A stretch of 64,000 nt of DNA from contig NC_057751.1 in the NCBI RefSeq assembly GCF_004010195.1, forward strand, positions 3,685,707 to 3,749,706, in the 5' to 3' direction. Source of the stretch: Chiloscyllium plagiosum (lineage: Eukaryota). Every line of letters begins with the position of its first letter. The first letter of the stretch is position 1. Position numbers and translations under genes: made by a program. The notes below the pieces were generated by a model. The model worked only from the letters and a program-made list of their open reading frames with translations, had not been told where the DNA came from and made no database searches. Shown piece by piece: positions 46,911 through 59,005 of the stretch.

Positions 46911-47546
46911 TTGTGTGTTATAAATTACAGGAAAGAGTTTGAGGCACCAAACTCAAACAACCTGTTTTTGGATGATGTGGTAATGTGGGATGATGAGGTA
47001 TAAAATTCATAAAAAACATACTTTAACATTGGAATGAACATCCAGCAGGATGTAAAACAAGTTGCCGATAATGGTTTTGTACTCCTGCAAATAGTAAATT
47101 TCACATTCCAATTTCTGAGGTCATAACGGTCTCAGCCAGAGTGAGGTTTGATCACTGCTCTGTTGGCTCTAGTCACAGCGGGAAGCTATAAGTTATAGAT
47201 AGCCTTACCACTCTTGGCTCAGCATAACTGCACTCATGCATGATCACTATCTAAGGGTTTCTGCTGGATAGAAACTGAGTCTTACTATCATGCCCTTGAT
47301 AACGAGAAAGTCATTCTACGTGATCTCACACAAGCAACAGCCAGAAGATAAAAGTATGCATGCTAACATATGCCATGCAAGGAGTCTATATCTGCACAGA
47401 GGGCAGGTGTTAAGGAAGCTTGTCAGAAATGGCAGGAGAGTCACATATGATTTCAGTGCATACTGGCTAAATGGAACTTTCATACAAACATAAATACATT
47501 TCTTATGTGTGAAAACTGGAAATCATCAATAAGGTAGTATAGTGCT

Positions 47547-47769
47547 TGTAACAAGGTCAGCGAGGAAGACCTCATGGAATCTGAGTTCCCTGGCTGGGGC
47601 AGTCATCCTGGTCCAATCAGGGAGCCCTGACTGATAGGAAACAGGAGTGCCAGACGTTCTGTTCACTCTGAGAGCTGGCTTTGAGGGAGTTGGACCAGTG
47701 TCAAGGATTCTCCATGTGTAAATAAAGGATGACTTGATGACAGGATACTGGCCTCTGTGGATTTAGTTA
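47547..47769 (+). mobile_element. Short solo LTR
   Basis: Starts TGTAACA, has CCAAT near 47613 and AATAAA at 47721-47726, is about 220 bp and non-coding. The 3' CA is degenerate. Confidence 0.55.
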
Positions 47770-48159
47770 GGAAACATTGTCAAAGCTGGTTGGTCTTGGT
47801 CATGTAATAGACAACACTGTCCCCTCTGGTTGCACTGCAATATGAAGTGAGTAAGAAGGAAAGATTTTGACTGACTGACAATGTCACTGCATGACCCAAT
47901 AATTGTTTTGGTTTATTCTCATGACATGAATGTCAGTGAGCAGGTTGTGTTCACTGTCTCTTCTGGGCTCACTGTGCCAAGGAAAAACCCCAGTGGCTGT
48001 AAGTCGAGTGTAAATCAGAGGGAGTTTGGGTTTGCAGGAGAGAGAAATCTCTTGGACATAATTGTTGCTATCTGCGCTGGCTGAGATGTTTTTTTGAGGA
48101 CATGATGAGTATTAATCTTCGTATTTCTGGCCTAGAAAAAAATCAAAAACTTTTGCAAA

Positions 48160-48720
48160 CATTTGAACGAGCAGGAATAGGCCATTCAGACCCTTGGGTA
48201 TGCTCTGCATGTCAATAAGGTGATCACTGATTTGATTATTCAATATTCCCACCTACTCACTCCTTTATTTAACAATAATCAATCTATCTTTGCCTCAAAA
48301 ATATTCAGATAATGCTTCTGCCCCCTTTTCAGGAAGTGAGTTCCAAATACTCAAGACGTTCTGAGAAAATTAATTTTGTCTATCCTCAGTTATATTTCAC
48401 CCATTCTTCTAATCAACCTGTTCAGAGATGCTATTCAATACCTCCAGAGCAGGAGGAACTGGTACCCAGATCTCTCAGTCTAGGGCCATCACTGTGCCAC
48501 AAGAGGGCCGCGTGGTTTTAAATGGGTGACATATAATTGTGAAACAGTGACTCCATTCCTGATTTTCCCACAATAGAAAAGATCATCTCAACAACCAACC
48601 TGCCAAGATCCCTCAAGATCTTGTATGATTCAAACAAACTCCAGCAATGTAAGTCTCGTCTTTCCTCACAAACTACACTACCTCCAATTCTGCTTTCATT
48701 TTCACCCTCTTCCAAGGTCC
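48160..48720 (-). mobile_element. Degraded CR1 3' fragments
   Basis: A CR1 3' UTR-like start (gagcaggaataggccattcag) and LFESYKILRDL on the minus strand. Confidence 0.6.
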
Positions 48721-48984
48721 TTGTGTCATAACAAAATCTGAAATTGGAAGTTCATGCTGAAAACAGCACTGCTTCACAAATTAGCATACATGGACTCCCA
48801 GAGAGGCTGTGCAGCTCTCCATGAGAGGAAATATTGCCCATAAGAAAACATGCCCATTCCAGTTATCAGTCTCTGAACTGCTTCATTGCATTGACATTCT
48901 TTCCAAAATAAGGTAGCTAAATAGTGCATATGCTACTTGCCAATTTTCACCCCAAACCTGGATATTGCTCAGGTATTTCGACAT

Positions 48985-49804
48985 AAGAACATGTACAGAG
49001 ACCGTAAGATATCGGAGGAGAAATTAGGCCATTCAGCCCATTGAGTTTGCTCTGTCATTCAATCATGGTTGATAAGTTTCTCAACCTCATTCTCCTGCTT
49101 TATCCCAGTAACCATTGATCCCCTTGATACTCAAGAACCTTTCTATCTCAGTCTTAAATATATTCAATGACCTGGCCTTCACAGCCTTCTGTGGCAATGA
49201 ATTCCAAAGATTCCCCACTCTCTGGCTGAAGAAGTTCCTCCTTATCTCTGTTCTAAAACTCTTCCTTTTACTCTAAGGCTGTGTCCTCAGGTCCTAGTCT
49301 CTCCCACCAATGGAAACAACTTCCCAACATCCACTCTGTTGTCATTTGGTATTCTGTATATCTCAAATGGATCCCCCACTCATCCTTCTAAACTCTGAGC
49401 ATAGACCCAGAGTCCTCAAACGTTCCTCATATGGTCAGCTTTCCATTCGTGGGACCATTTTCATGAACCTCCTCAGAACACGCTTCTGGGCCAGTCCATC
49501 CTTCCTGAGATATGGAGCCCAAAACTGCACACAATACTCCAAATATGGTCTGACCAGAGACTTGTTGAGCCTCAAAAGTACATCCCTGCTTTTATATTCA
49601 AGTTCTCTCAAAAGAAATGTCAACATTGCATTTGCCTTCCTAACTAATGACTCTACCTGCAAGAGAATCCTGGACTGGAACTCCCAAGTCTCTTTGCATT
49701 TCAGACTTCTGAATTTTCTCCCCATTTAGAAAATAGTCCATGCCTCTATCCTTCCTACCAAAGTGTATGACCTCACACTTTCCCATGTTGTACTCCATCT
49801 GACA
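48985..49804 (-). mobile_element. CR1 3' portion, cut by the assembly gap
   Basis: QMEYNMGKCEVIHFG, LVRPYLEYCVQFWAPYLRKD and the 3' UTR. Confidence 0.93.
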
Positions 49805-50304
49805 NNNNNNNNNNNNNNNNNNNNNNNNNNNNNNNNNNNNNNNNNNNNNNNNNNNNNNNNNNNNNNNNNNNNNNNNNNNNNNNNNNNNNNNNNNNNNNNN
49901 NNNNNNNNNNNNNNNNNNNNNNNNNNNNNNNNNNNNNNNNNNNNNNNNNNNNNNNNNNNNNNNNNNNNNNNNNNNNNNNNNNNNNNNNNNNNNNNNNNNN
50001 NNNNNNNNNNNNNNNNNNNNNNNNNNNNNNNNNNNNNNNNNNNNNNNNNNNNNNNNNNNNNNNNNNNNNNNNNNNNNNNNNNNNNNNNNNNNNNNNNNNN
50101 NNNNNNNNNNNNNNNNNNNNNNNNNNNNNNNNNNNNNNNNNNNNNNNNNNNNNNNNNNNNNNNNNNNNNNNNNNNNNNNNNNNNNNNNNNNNNNNNNNNN
50201 NNNNNNNNNNNNNNNNNNNNNNNNNNNNNNNNNNNNNNNNNNNNNNNNNNNNNNNNNNNNNNNNNNNNNNNNNNNNNNNNNNNNNNNNNNNNNNNNNNNN
50301 NNNN
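49805..50304. other. Assembly gap (500 N, probably a scaffolding join of arbitrary size)
   Basis: Round-number N run. Confidence 1.
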
Positions 50305-50533
50305 CGGCCCAACAAGTCCACACCGACCGGCCAAAGCGAAACCCACTCATACCCCTACATTTACCCCTTACCTAACATAGCTTAGTATGGCCAATTCACC
50401 TGACCCTGCACATCTTTTTGTGATGGTGGGAGGAAACCCACTCAGACACGGGGAGTCGCCTGAGGCGGGAATTGAACCCGGGTCTCTGGCGCTGTGAGGC
50501 AGCAGTGCTAACTGCTGTACCACCGTGCTGCCC
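50305..50533 (-). mobile_element. HE1-type SINE (internally deleted)
   Basis: The minus strand starts gggcagcacggtggtacagcagttagcactgctgcctcacagcgccagagacccgggttcaattccc. Confidence 0.9.
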
Positions 50534-53500
50534 ACGAAAGCACTAAACCCCATCTGAGCACTCTATGACAGTGTGGTGATGAAAGAGCTCCTGAATTGGG
50601 TGGTTCAACTGGACACTCAAGATATAGTTCCTCCCTGAAAATGTTCTTCCAGTTCGACGTTTATTGCCCCAGTCACACTTCTCTGTTTTTTGCTTCAAGT
50701 AGTGTCCCTGTGGTTCCCGACCAAGTGAGCACTCACGATCTGTCTACATTTCGGGCGAAATCCTTTCTCGGACCTCACTGCTCAAACCTTAACCATCGAC
50801 TAAACACACAGAGCTGAAAGGTTTGGTTTTGCAACTCCGCCCCCTCGGCTTTCCCTCGACTTTGCAACGTTTAATAACTCATTGTTTTTGCACATGTTCT
50901 GAGGTCATAGCGTTAAACTTCTTTTCCGCTTCTGTTGGCTTTTTGCAACGTGGGGTGACCAATCGGCAGCTATTCCTGATTCATTCTGATTCCTGCTCTC
51001 CCATGGTCGATTCCCCAGCAACTGGGGACACTAGACTGAATCGTGAACCTTGCACAGAATCCCAGGCTTTTGTGGTAAGATTTTAAAATTAAATGTTACG
51101 AGTTAGTTCTCGAAGCAAAGTTCAAAAATACAGATAGAGTTTTAATAACATGTATTGAGAAAGCAACTTTAGCTTAAAAGTGTCGCGAGGTAACTTTCAG
51201 CACATGGGTCCCAGCTCATCAAGACCAGATTTGTCCAGCAATTAAAGCCTTAAAACCATGTCTTAAAAGCTTTGGCTTACATACATTCACATTTTACAAA
51301 CAGTATGTGAACCACAACATACTTCAAGTTTTGACTTTTCAGTTCCAAGAAGTAACATGGGAAGCCTTCAGTGCCCTTGGAAAATTCTCCAAAACTACCC
51401 ATCTCTTCCACCTGTCCTCAACTGTGTTTTATCTTAGGGCTTTGTATTCCAAACACGAGATATCCACTGAGTTACTAGCTTGTTCACCTGTAGCAATGAC
51501 AGAGTCAATTCCTGGGGACAGAAAATTATTTTTGAAGGGACTGCCCCTGAAGGACTACTAATTTAATTGTTGAATGGTCATCTGCATTTGAAAGTTAGTA
51601 CAGAGGTCCAAAGTATCATGTGTGGCCCCAATTTGTACAGTGTCAAGTCAGATTCCCCAAATATACTCAACACACTGAAGCATTTTCACTCGATAAACTG
51701 GAAGGAATTACATGATCATTCATGTGCTCCGTAAGACTAAAGTTATTCCTTCAGAAAATAAAACATTCTTCAAGAAAAAGGGAACTATATTCAATATTGC
51801 TGCCTGAAAACCCCTTTGAAAATATTTCCTTTTAAATCGAAGTTATCAGTTCTGTCCAACTGACTGGTACGCGAAGCATTTCACAATGTATCCTTGAGGG
51901 TGCACAGTGATTTTCTGGGTAATTGTCTTGTAACAAAGCAATTCACATCAATTTCATGATGGAGGTCTGAAAGTCAATGTAGGGTTTTAATTCTATTCTT
52001 GTGATGATCTTTCTGAATAGTTATGACATTTATATGTCACAGCTCATCCATGGGCTTTTTGACTGCATGGAGATTTGACAGTTTGACTCGATTGATACCT
52101 TCCGCTATCGACTTCTTTGGATGCACCAGTGTTTATTTCACATTTGAAATATTGATCAACATGTTTTCAATCTCCAAGCAAATACATTACTTTCAAGTTT
52201 AACTGAACAACTGAGTTGGTGGAAGTCATGTTCGATTGTTTAGAACAAGAAAGAAAGAATACATTGATAATAAGAGTTAAATTCCACTTATTTTCCACAG
52301 CAACTTGTAAGCTCCTTAGTTTTGCAGTGACTCATGGAGGACAGTGCAGAATAATGAAGATTTGGGAGATAATTAAAAGGACTGATTGGAGACTTTCTCA
52401 GCTAGTTCAAAACTTCAGTCCAAAATTAATTACACAGGGATCCACTTCTCCAACTCAGTTTACCAATGCAGATTTTCTTACATTAGCCACAACACGCTTA
52501 TCATTTTAATTCTCATGACGAGAAAATCCTGACAATTTGTGTGTTTTAATAATAACGACTGCCAGAAAACAAACTTTATAACCCTTATGGTTGTCTTATT
52601 AGAAAAGAAAATCCAGAAAACAATATTCCACCATTCCTGCCATTTTGGATCTACACCAACTCAGGATTGAACAAACACACAGAACCTAAGCCAAGTAGTT
52701 TGGCCTTGTTTCCATGACAGCACGGGGAACAGTGACAAACTTAATTGGATGAATGCCAGAACAGTGACTATGTGCTTGAAGGTGGAAGAAGCTATGTTAT
52801 CATGGAAGATTCTGTGTTTCAGAGAAATGATTTTGGTGACAGCCAAGCTGAATCCACTCATCTAGCAAGATATAAATAATGCATCTATCTCATGTGCATG
52901 TTTGTCATTGGCATTCCAATGTTAACATGAATACTCACAAGTCTTTAAGCAATAAAATGAAAGACTAAGAGAAAAATATGTACGCTTTAAAGTATTCTGA
53001 GATTGTTAATTTGACGTGCTCTTTGTAAATAGAGAAACTACAACTGTACGATTTAATTGCTGAAATGTTTTAAAAAAGCGACAGTCATCAAATTGGATTT
53101 ATTGTCGTAGCCATCATTTTGAAAAGCTTCTCTTCTAAATCATACAAATATACACATATTCTTTGTGTTTCTATTCTGAATACAATTTGGGAAGATATTC
53201 CACTTTCTAGTGAAGGAAAATTTGAGTTCTAGTTTATCAATAAGATAAAAAGCAAAGCTACAGTTGATAGCTGCCTAAAGAATTTGACTTTAACATTAGA
53301 AATATATACACTTGGCAGACATCTGTTGACAAGAAAAAGTGAAGCTTTGTTATCAAAAATATTCTTATAATCACTCAAAACCTCCAGAATACTGCATGCT
53401 GAATCTCTGGCACTGCCAGTTTCATCATGTATCTTCCATAATAACTTCTCCAGAATATTTCTGCTGCTATTTTCCAAACAGATTCTTAATACAGAAATAA

Positions 53501-54464
53501 TCCAAGGATAATGGCCATGATATTATGGTATTTGGTCATGTCACATATTTACAAAAAGGAACATTTCACATTGTATTGCAAGACCGATTCTCAAACAATA
53601 TTACAATGTTACTGAGAAGTAACACACTGTCTTTGCCCTGTTATTATTTGGTACTCTGAGCTCAGCTTTCTTATGAAAGTGAACCTGTCTCTTTCCTCCA
53701 ATGCTTTAGCCACATACAAACACAGGAACAGAAGTTGACCATTTAGCCCCTACGTATGTTCCACAAGTCATTGAAATGGCTTAGCTGTGACATAACTCAT
53801 ATATGTGTTTTTTTTCCCCCATATCACAACCACCTCTGGCTAACAAAAATCCATTAGGTGCAGATTTCAACTATTACCTACAACTTTTGTCATAAACTGG
53901 CTGTGTATTGATAAGATATAGCTCAAAATATTTTGATATTTAAAATGACTGTTAGTCTCCATGAATTTGCGGTAATGAGATTTGGATGCATATTCAAATA
54001 TATAATCGATCTGCGAGCGGGAAACTGATATCACCACAGCCTATCTTAAAAATTAGTCAATAATATTGTGAAATTGTGTTTTAAATTGCATAAAAAGATA
54101 AACATATTAAGATATGTTAATATATTCAGCATATGACAACAGAGTGCAAGGCTTTCACTTCTGCAGATTAATTTAATGGCAGTCCTCATGATTGACTGTT
54201 TACCTGAAACTGGCCACAAAATACCAACAGTTTACCAGATTATTAACACAATCAATTGACTGACCACTCCTATTTAATATCAGGAGATTTGGTGGCTGGG
54301 TATGATTCTTCCTTTGAGTATGTGTTGCCCAGTTGCATGTGGTAAGTTCACATCCCAGACAAAACCTTGTTTAGGGATAGGGTTGCCACACAGGGAGTGC
54401 ACTAGAGATTCATTAGACACTGCAGACGGTAAGAGAGGAGAGATTTGTTCTATTAGACCTATAT

Positions 54465-54870
54465 TCACCAGAGTTTAGAAGGATGAGATGAGATTTGATT
54501 GAAAGAGAGAAAATTCAAACAGGGTTGGTCAGACTAGATGCTGACAAGATGCTTTTCCCTGGTTGATGAATGGAGAACTGGGAGACAGTCTCAGGGTGTG
54601 GGGTAAATCATTTAGAACTGAGATGAGGGAACATTTCTTCACTTAAAAGGCAGTAAACTTGTGAAATTCTCCACAACCAACATCTGTTGAGGCCAAATCA
54701 CAAATATATTCAAGAAAAGGATCAATTTTCTTTTAAATTTTAAAGGCATGGAGAGGTATAGGAAGAAAGCAGGAATATGGCATTGAGTAGAGGATCAGAC
54801 ATGACCATAGTGAATGATGTAGTAGGCTCAAAGGGCCAAGTGCTTCCAGTTTCTATGCATCTATACTTCT
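54465..54870 (+). mobile_element. CR1 3' fragment
   Basis: Decayed EFRRMR.DLIE and FRTEMRGTFL region plus the 3' UTR. Confidence 0.8.
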
Positions 54871-55319
54871 GTGCACCAGAAACAACAAATTTGCTGTTTT
54901 CTAAAACTCACCTAAACTTTTAAATTATGTGATAAGTATTTTCAATTAATTAGATCAGTCCTAATTAGTGATTCACATAAATTTTGAACTCATCATAGAT
55001 GTTCCTTCCTTTTGATATGAGGTTGAAGTTTCAAGAAAAAACCAGCTATTGTTATTTTGGTGGCCACATCAACACAAAGCACAACCTGTGCACCACCACG
55101 AGACTCAAAGGAACACAGGATTATAAGCATGACAACACTGGAATGCTTTCATGCTGCCTCTCGCCTTTCTCCTCCCTCCTTCTCAACATGTGCACATGGC
55201 ACAGGTAGCCATTGCAACCTGATTTTCTGGATCTTGTATTTTCAAGGTATGAAAAGCAAAGAGAGATTTTTGCAAATTAAACAAGAGGGGAAATATGATG
55301 CTGACTTAAGAAGAGATCA

Positions 55320-55925
55320 ACTCGTTTTCCTTTGAACCTTCAAAGAAACAAAACATCCCAAGGTGCCCCACAGTGGAGTAGAGAAAGAAATATGAAGAAG
55401 GATAAGTTTGGTCAAAGAGGTACGCCCCCCCCCACGAGGAGAGAAAGAGATATGAGGAAGGATAAATTTGGTTTAATAGTATATTTTAATTGTATCTTAA
55501 AATGGAGAAATAGAGAGGTGGTCAGGTTTAGGGTGAAGATATCAGAACTTGGGTATAAGGCAGCCTAAGATGCACCGACCAATGACAGGTGATAGAAGTA
55601 GAGGCACTGGAAGAAACGGAATTGAAGGAACAGAGATCGTGGTGACTTGCAAGGCTGAGGTGGTTGCAGAGGTAGGAAGGCCTGGCAGGAGTTGAACGTG
55701 GAGATGAAAATTTTCTATTTGTCACTTTGTCAGACTGGAAGTCAGCATGAAGATGTCACCAATGACAAGGATGACAATGAACATGACGTGGCACAAGTTA
55801 GGATGAAAGGAACTGAGTTTGGATAAGTGATGTTAAAGGAAAGTAGAGATGGGAGGCCACTCAGAAAAGTATTGGAATAATGGAATCTGTAGTTGTCAAT
55901 GGCATTGATATGGGGTTTTCATAGA
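55320..55925 (-). mobile_element. L2 LINE 3' fragment (old)
   Basis: Purine-rich plus strand (tttggtcaaagagg, ggtttaggg, gggaggcc...gtattggaataat) resembling the antisense of the L2 RT C-terminus and 3' end. Confidence 0.55.
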
Positions 55926-58570
55926 TCAGACCATAAAACCATAAGGCATATGAGCAAACATTAGGCTATTCAGTCCATTGAGTCTGCTCTGCCATTCAAT
56001 CACGGTTGATAAGTTTCTCAAGCATTCTCCTGCTTTATCCCTGTAACCCTTGACCCCCTTGATACTCAAGAGACTATCTGTCTCAGTCTTAAATATACTG
56101 AATGACCTGGTCTTCACTGCCTTCTGTGGCAATAAATTCCATAGATTTACCACTCTCTGGATGCAGAAGTTTCTCCTTACTTCCGTTCTAAAAGGTCTTC
56201 CCTTCACTTAAATTCTGTCCCCTCAGGTCGTCGTCTCTCCTACCAATGGAAACATCTTCCCAATATCGACTCGGTCTAGGTCATTCAGTATTCTGTATCT
56301 ATCAATTAGATCCCCCCTCATCCTTCTAAACTCAATTGAGTATAAACGCAGAGTTCTCAAACATTGATCATATGTGAAGCTTTTCATTTCTGGAACCATT
56401 CTTGTGAACCTCCTCTGAACATGCTCCAGGGCCAGTCCATCCTTCCTGAGATATGGGGCCCAAAACAGCACACAATACTCCAAATGTGGCCTGACCAGAG
56501 TCTTATAGGTATATCAGGAAAAAAAGAATGACGAAAGAAACATGAGGGCCAATCAAAGATATGAATGGGAAGTTGTGTGTGGAGTCCGAGGAGATAGGAG
56601 AAGCGCTAAGTGAATACTTTTCCTCAGTATTCATGCTGGAAAAAGACAATGCTGTCGAGGAGAACAGAATTGTTAGCAATTCTGGAGAGTATGAAAACAG
56701 ATAAGTCGCCTGGGCTGGATGGGATGTATCCTAAGATTCTCTGGTAAGCTAGAGAAGAGATTGCAGAGCCTTTGGCTTTAATCTTTATGTCATCATTGTC
56801 TACAGGAATAGTGCCAGAAGTCTGGAGGATAGCAAATGTTGTTCCCTTGTTCAAGAAAGGGAGTAGAGACAACCCTGGTAATTATAGACCTGTGAGCCTT
56901 TGGCGAGCTCAAAGAAGACACAGGGTATTGTTTGATGGGAAGTGTTCATCCTGGAGTTCAGTTATTAGTGGTGTACCATAAGGATCTGTTCTGGGGCCAC
57001 TGGTGTTTGTCATTTTTAAAAATGACCAAGATAAGGCCGTAGAAGGATGGGTTAGTAAATTTGTGGATGACACTGAGGTCAGTGGAGTTGTGGGTAATGC
57101 TGAAGGATGTTGCAGGTTACAGAGGGACATATATAAGCTGCAGAGCTGGGCTGAGAGGTGGCAAATGGAGTTTAATGCAGAAAAGTATGAGGTGATTCAC
57201 TTTGGAAGGAGTAATAGGAATACAGAGTACTGGGCTAATGGTAAGATTCTTGGTAGTGGAGAGGAGCAGAGAGATCTCGGTGTCCATGTGCATAGATCCA
57301 TGAAAGTTGCCATCCAAGTTGGTAGGGTTGTTAAAAAAGTGTGTGGTGTGTTAGCTTTTATTGGTAGAGTGATTGAGTTTGAGCCATAACGTCATGCTAC
57401 AGCTGTGCAAAACTGTGGTGTGGCCGCACTTGGAGTATTGCATACAGTTCTGGTCTCCGCATTATCGGAAGGATATGGAAGCTTTGGAAAGGGTGCAGAG
57501 GAGATTTCCGAGGATGTTGCCTGGTATGGAAGGAAGGGCTTATGTTGAGGGACTTGAGGCTGTTTTCATCAGAGAGAAGAAGGGAAGGTCTTAGGAGGAA
57601 AGGTTGAGAGACTTGAGGCTGTTTTCGTAAGAGAGAAGAAGGTTGAAAGGTGACTTATTTGAGACCTATAAGATAATCAGAGGATTAGACTGGGTGGACA
57701 GTGAGAACCTTTTTCCTCAGATGGTGATGGTTAGTGTGAGGAGACATAGCAAAAAATTGAGGAATGATAGATATAAGACAGATGTCACAGCTTTACTCAT
57801 TGAATACTGGGGATGTGGAACGCCCTGCCCGCAACAGTAATAGACTCACCAACTTTAAGGGCATTTAAATGGTCATTGGATAAAGGTATGGATGAAAATG
57901 GAATAGTGTAGGTTAAATAGGCTTCAGATTGGTTCCACAGATTGGTTCCACACCATCGAAGACCGAAGGGCCTGTACTGCACTGTAATGTTCTATGTTTT
58001 ATATTATAGGTCATCAGGAGTACATCCCTGCTTTTATATTCAAGTCCTCACAAAATAAATGCCATCATTACATTTGCCTTCCGAACGACTGACTCAACTT
58101 GCAAGTTTGCCTTGAGAGAATTCTGGACTAAAATCCCCAAATCTCTTTGCATTTCAGACTTCTGCATTTTCTCCCCATTTAGAAAATAGTCTATGTCTCT
58201 ATTCTTCCTACTAAAGCACATGACCTCACACTTTCCCACATTGTACTCCATCTGCCACTTCTTTGCCCACTCTCCTAACTGTCCAAATCCTTCTGCAGCC
58301 TCCTCACCTCCTCAATGCTGCCTGACACTTTACCTCTTCTTGTATTGTCTGCAAACTTAGCCAGAATACCCTCAGTTCCTTCATCTAGATCATTAATGTA
58401 TAAAGTGAAAAGTTGCGATACCAATACTGAGCCTTGGAGAACACGACTTGTCACTGGCTGTCATCCTGAGAAGGACACTTTTAGCCCCTCTGTCTGCTTT
58501 TTGCCAGACAGTCAAGCTTCTATCCATGCTCGCACCTTGCCACTGACAGCATGGGCATTTATCTTTTTCA
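55926..58570 (-). mobile_element. CR1 3' portion split by a second CR1
   Basis: 58012-58570 (MEYNVGKCEV) continues at 56502-55926 (LEYCVLFWAPYLRKD, QRVVNLWNLLP). Confidence 0.92.
56511..58003 (+). mobile_element. CR1 insertion with internal deletions and a short tandem duplication
   Basis: NYRPVSL joins directly to RVLFDGKCSSWSSV, followed by KFVDD and HLEYCIQFWSPHY. TSD ttataggt at 56503-56510 and 58004-58011. Confidence 0.93.
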
Positions 58571-58869
58571 GACAAAGCCCGGGTGGAGTTGAGTCATATT
58601 ACAGAGTTGGAAGTGAGCACATTAAATAATACAAATAAACTTGGCTAATGGAAATGATAGAAGGTTTGAAATTAAACTCATGGTCAGAGAGAACACTGAG
58701 GTTTTGAACAGTTTAGTTCAGACTCTCCAGAGAGGTGAGTGCAGTATGTGGCCAGAGGGCAGAGGGCAGGACAAAAGACAATTACACAAACTACTTAAAT
58801 TGTACATCAATATCAGGCAGTACTGAGAGATCAGAGATCAATGTAAGATAGAACTTAAAGTTGGTCGTG

Positions 58870-59005
58870 GCACAATAAGGAATTAAGGGATACAGAGAGA
58901 GTGCAGCTAAGTGGCGTTAAAATGCCCATCAGCCATGATTGAATGACAGAGTGAACTCGATGGGCCGAATGGCCTTACTTCCATTCCTATTTCTTATGGT
59001 CTTAA
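58870..59005 (+). mobile_element. CR1 3' UTR fragment
   Basis: cagccatgattgaatg...gggccgaatggccttactt...cttatggtctt. Confidence 0.75.

Noticed and set aside
49640..50380. Long ORFs spanning the gap (also 6079-6592)
   Set aside because: Their length comes from translating N runs, and the flanks are repeat sequence.
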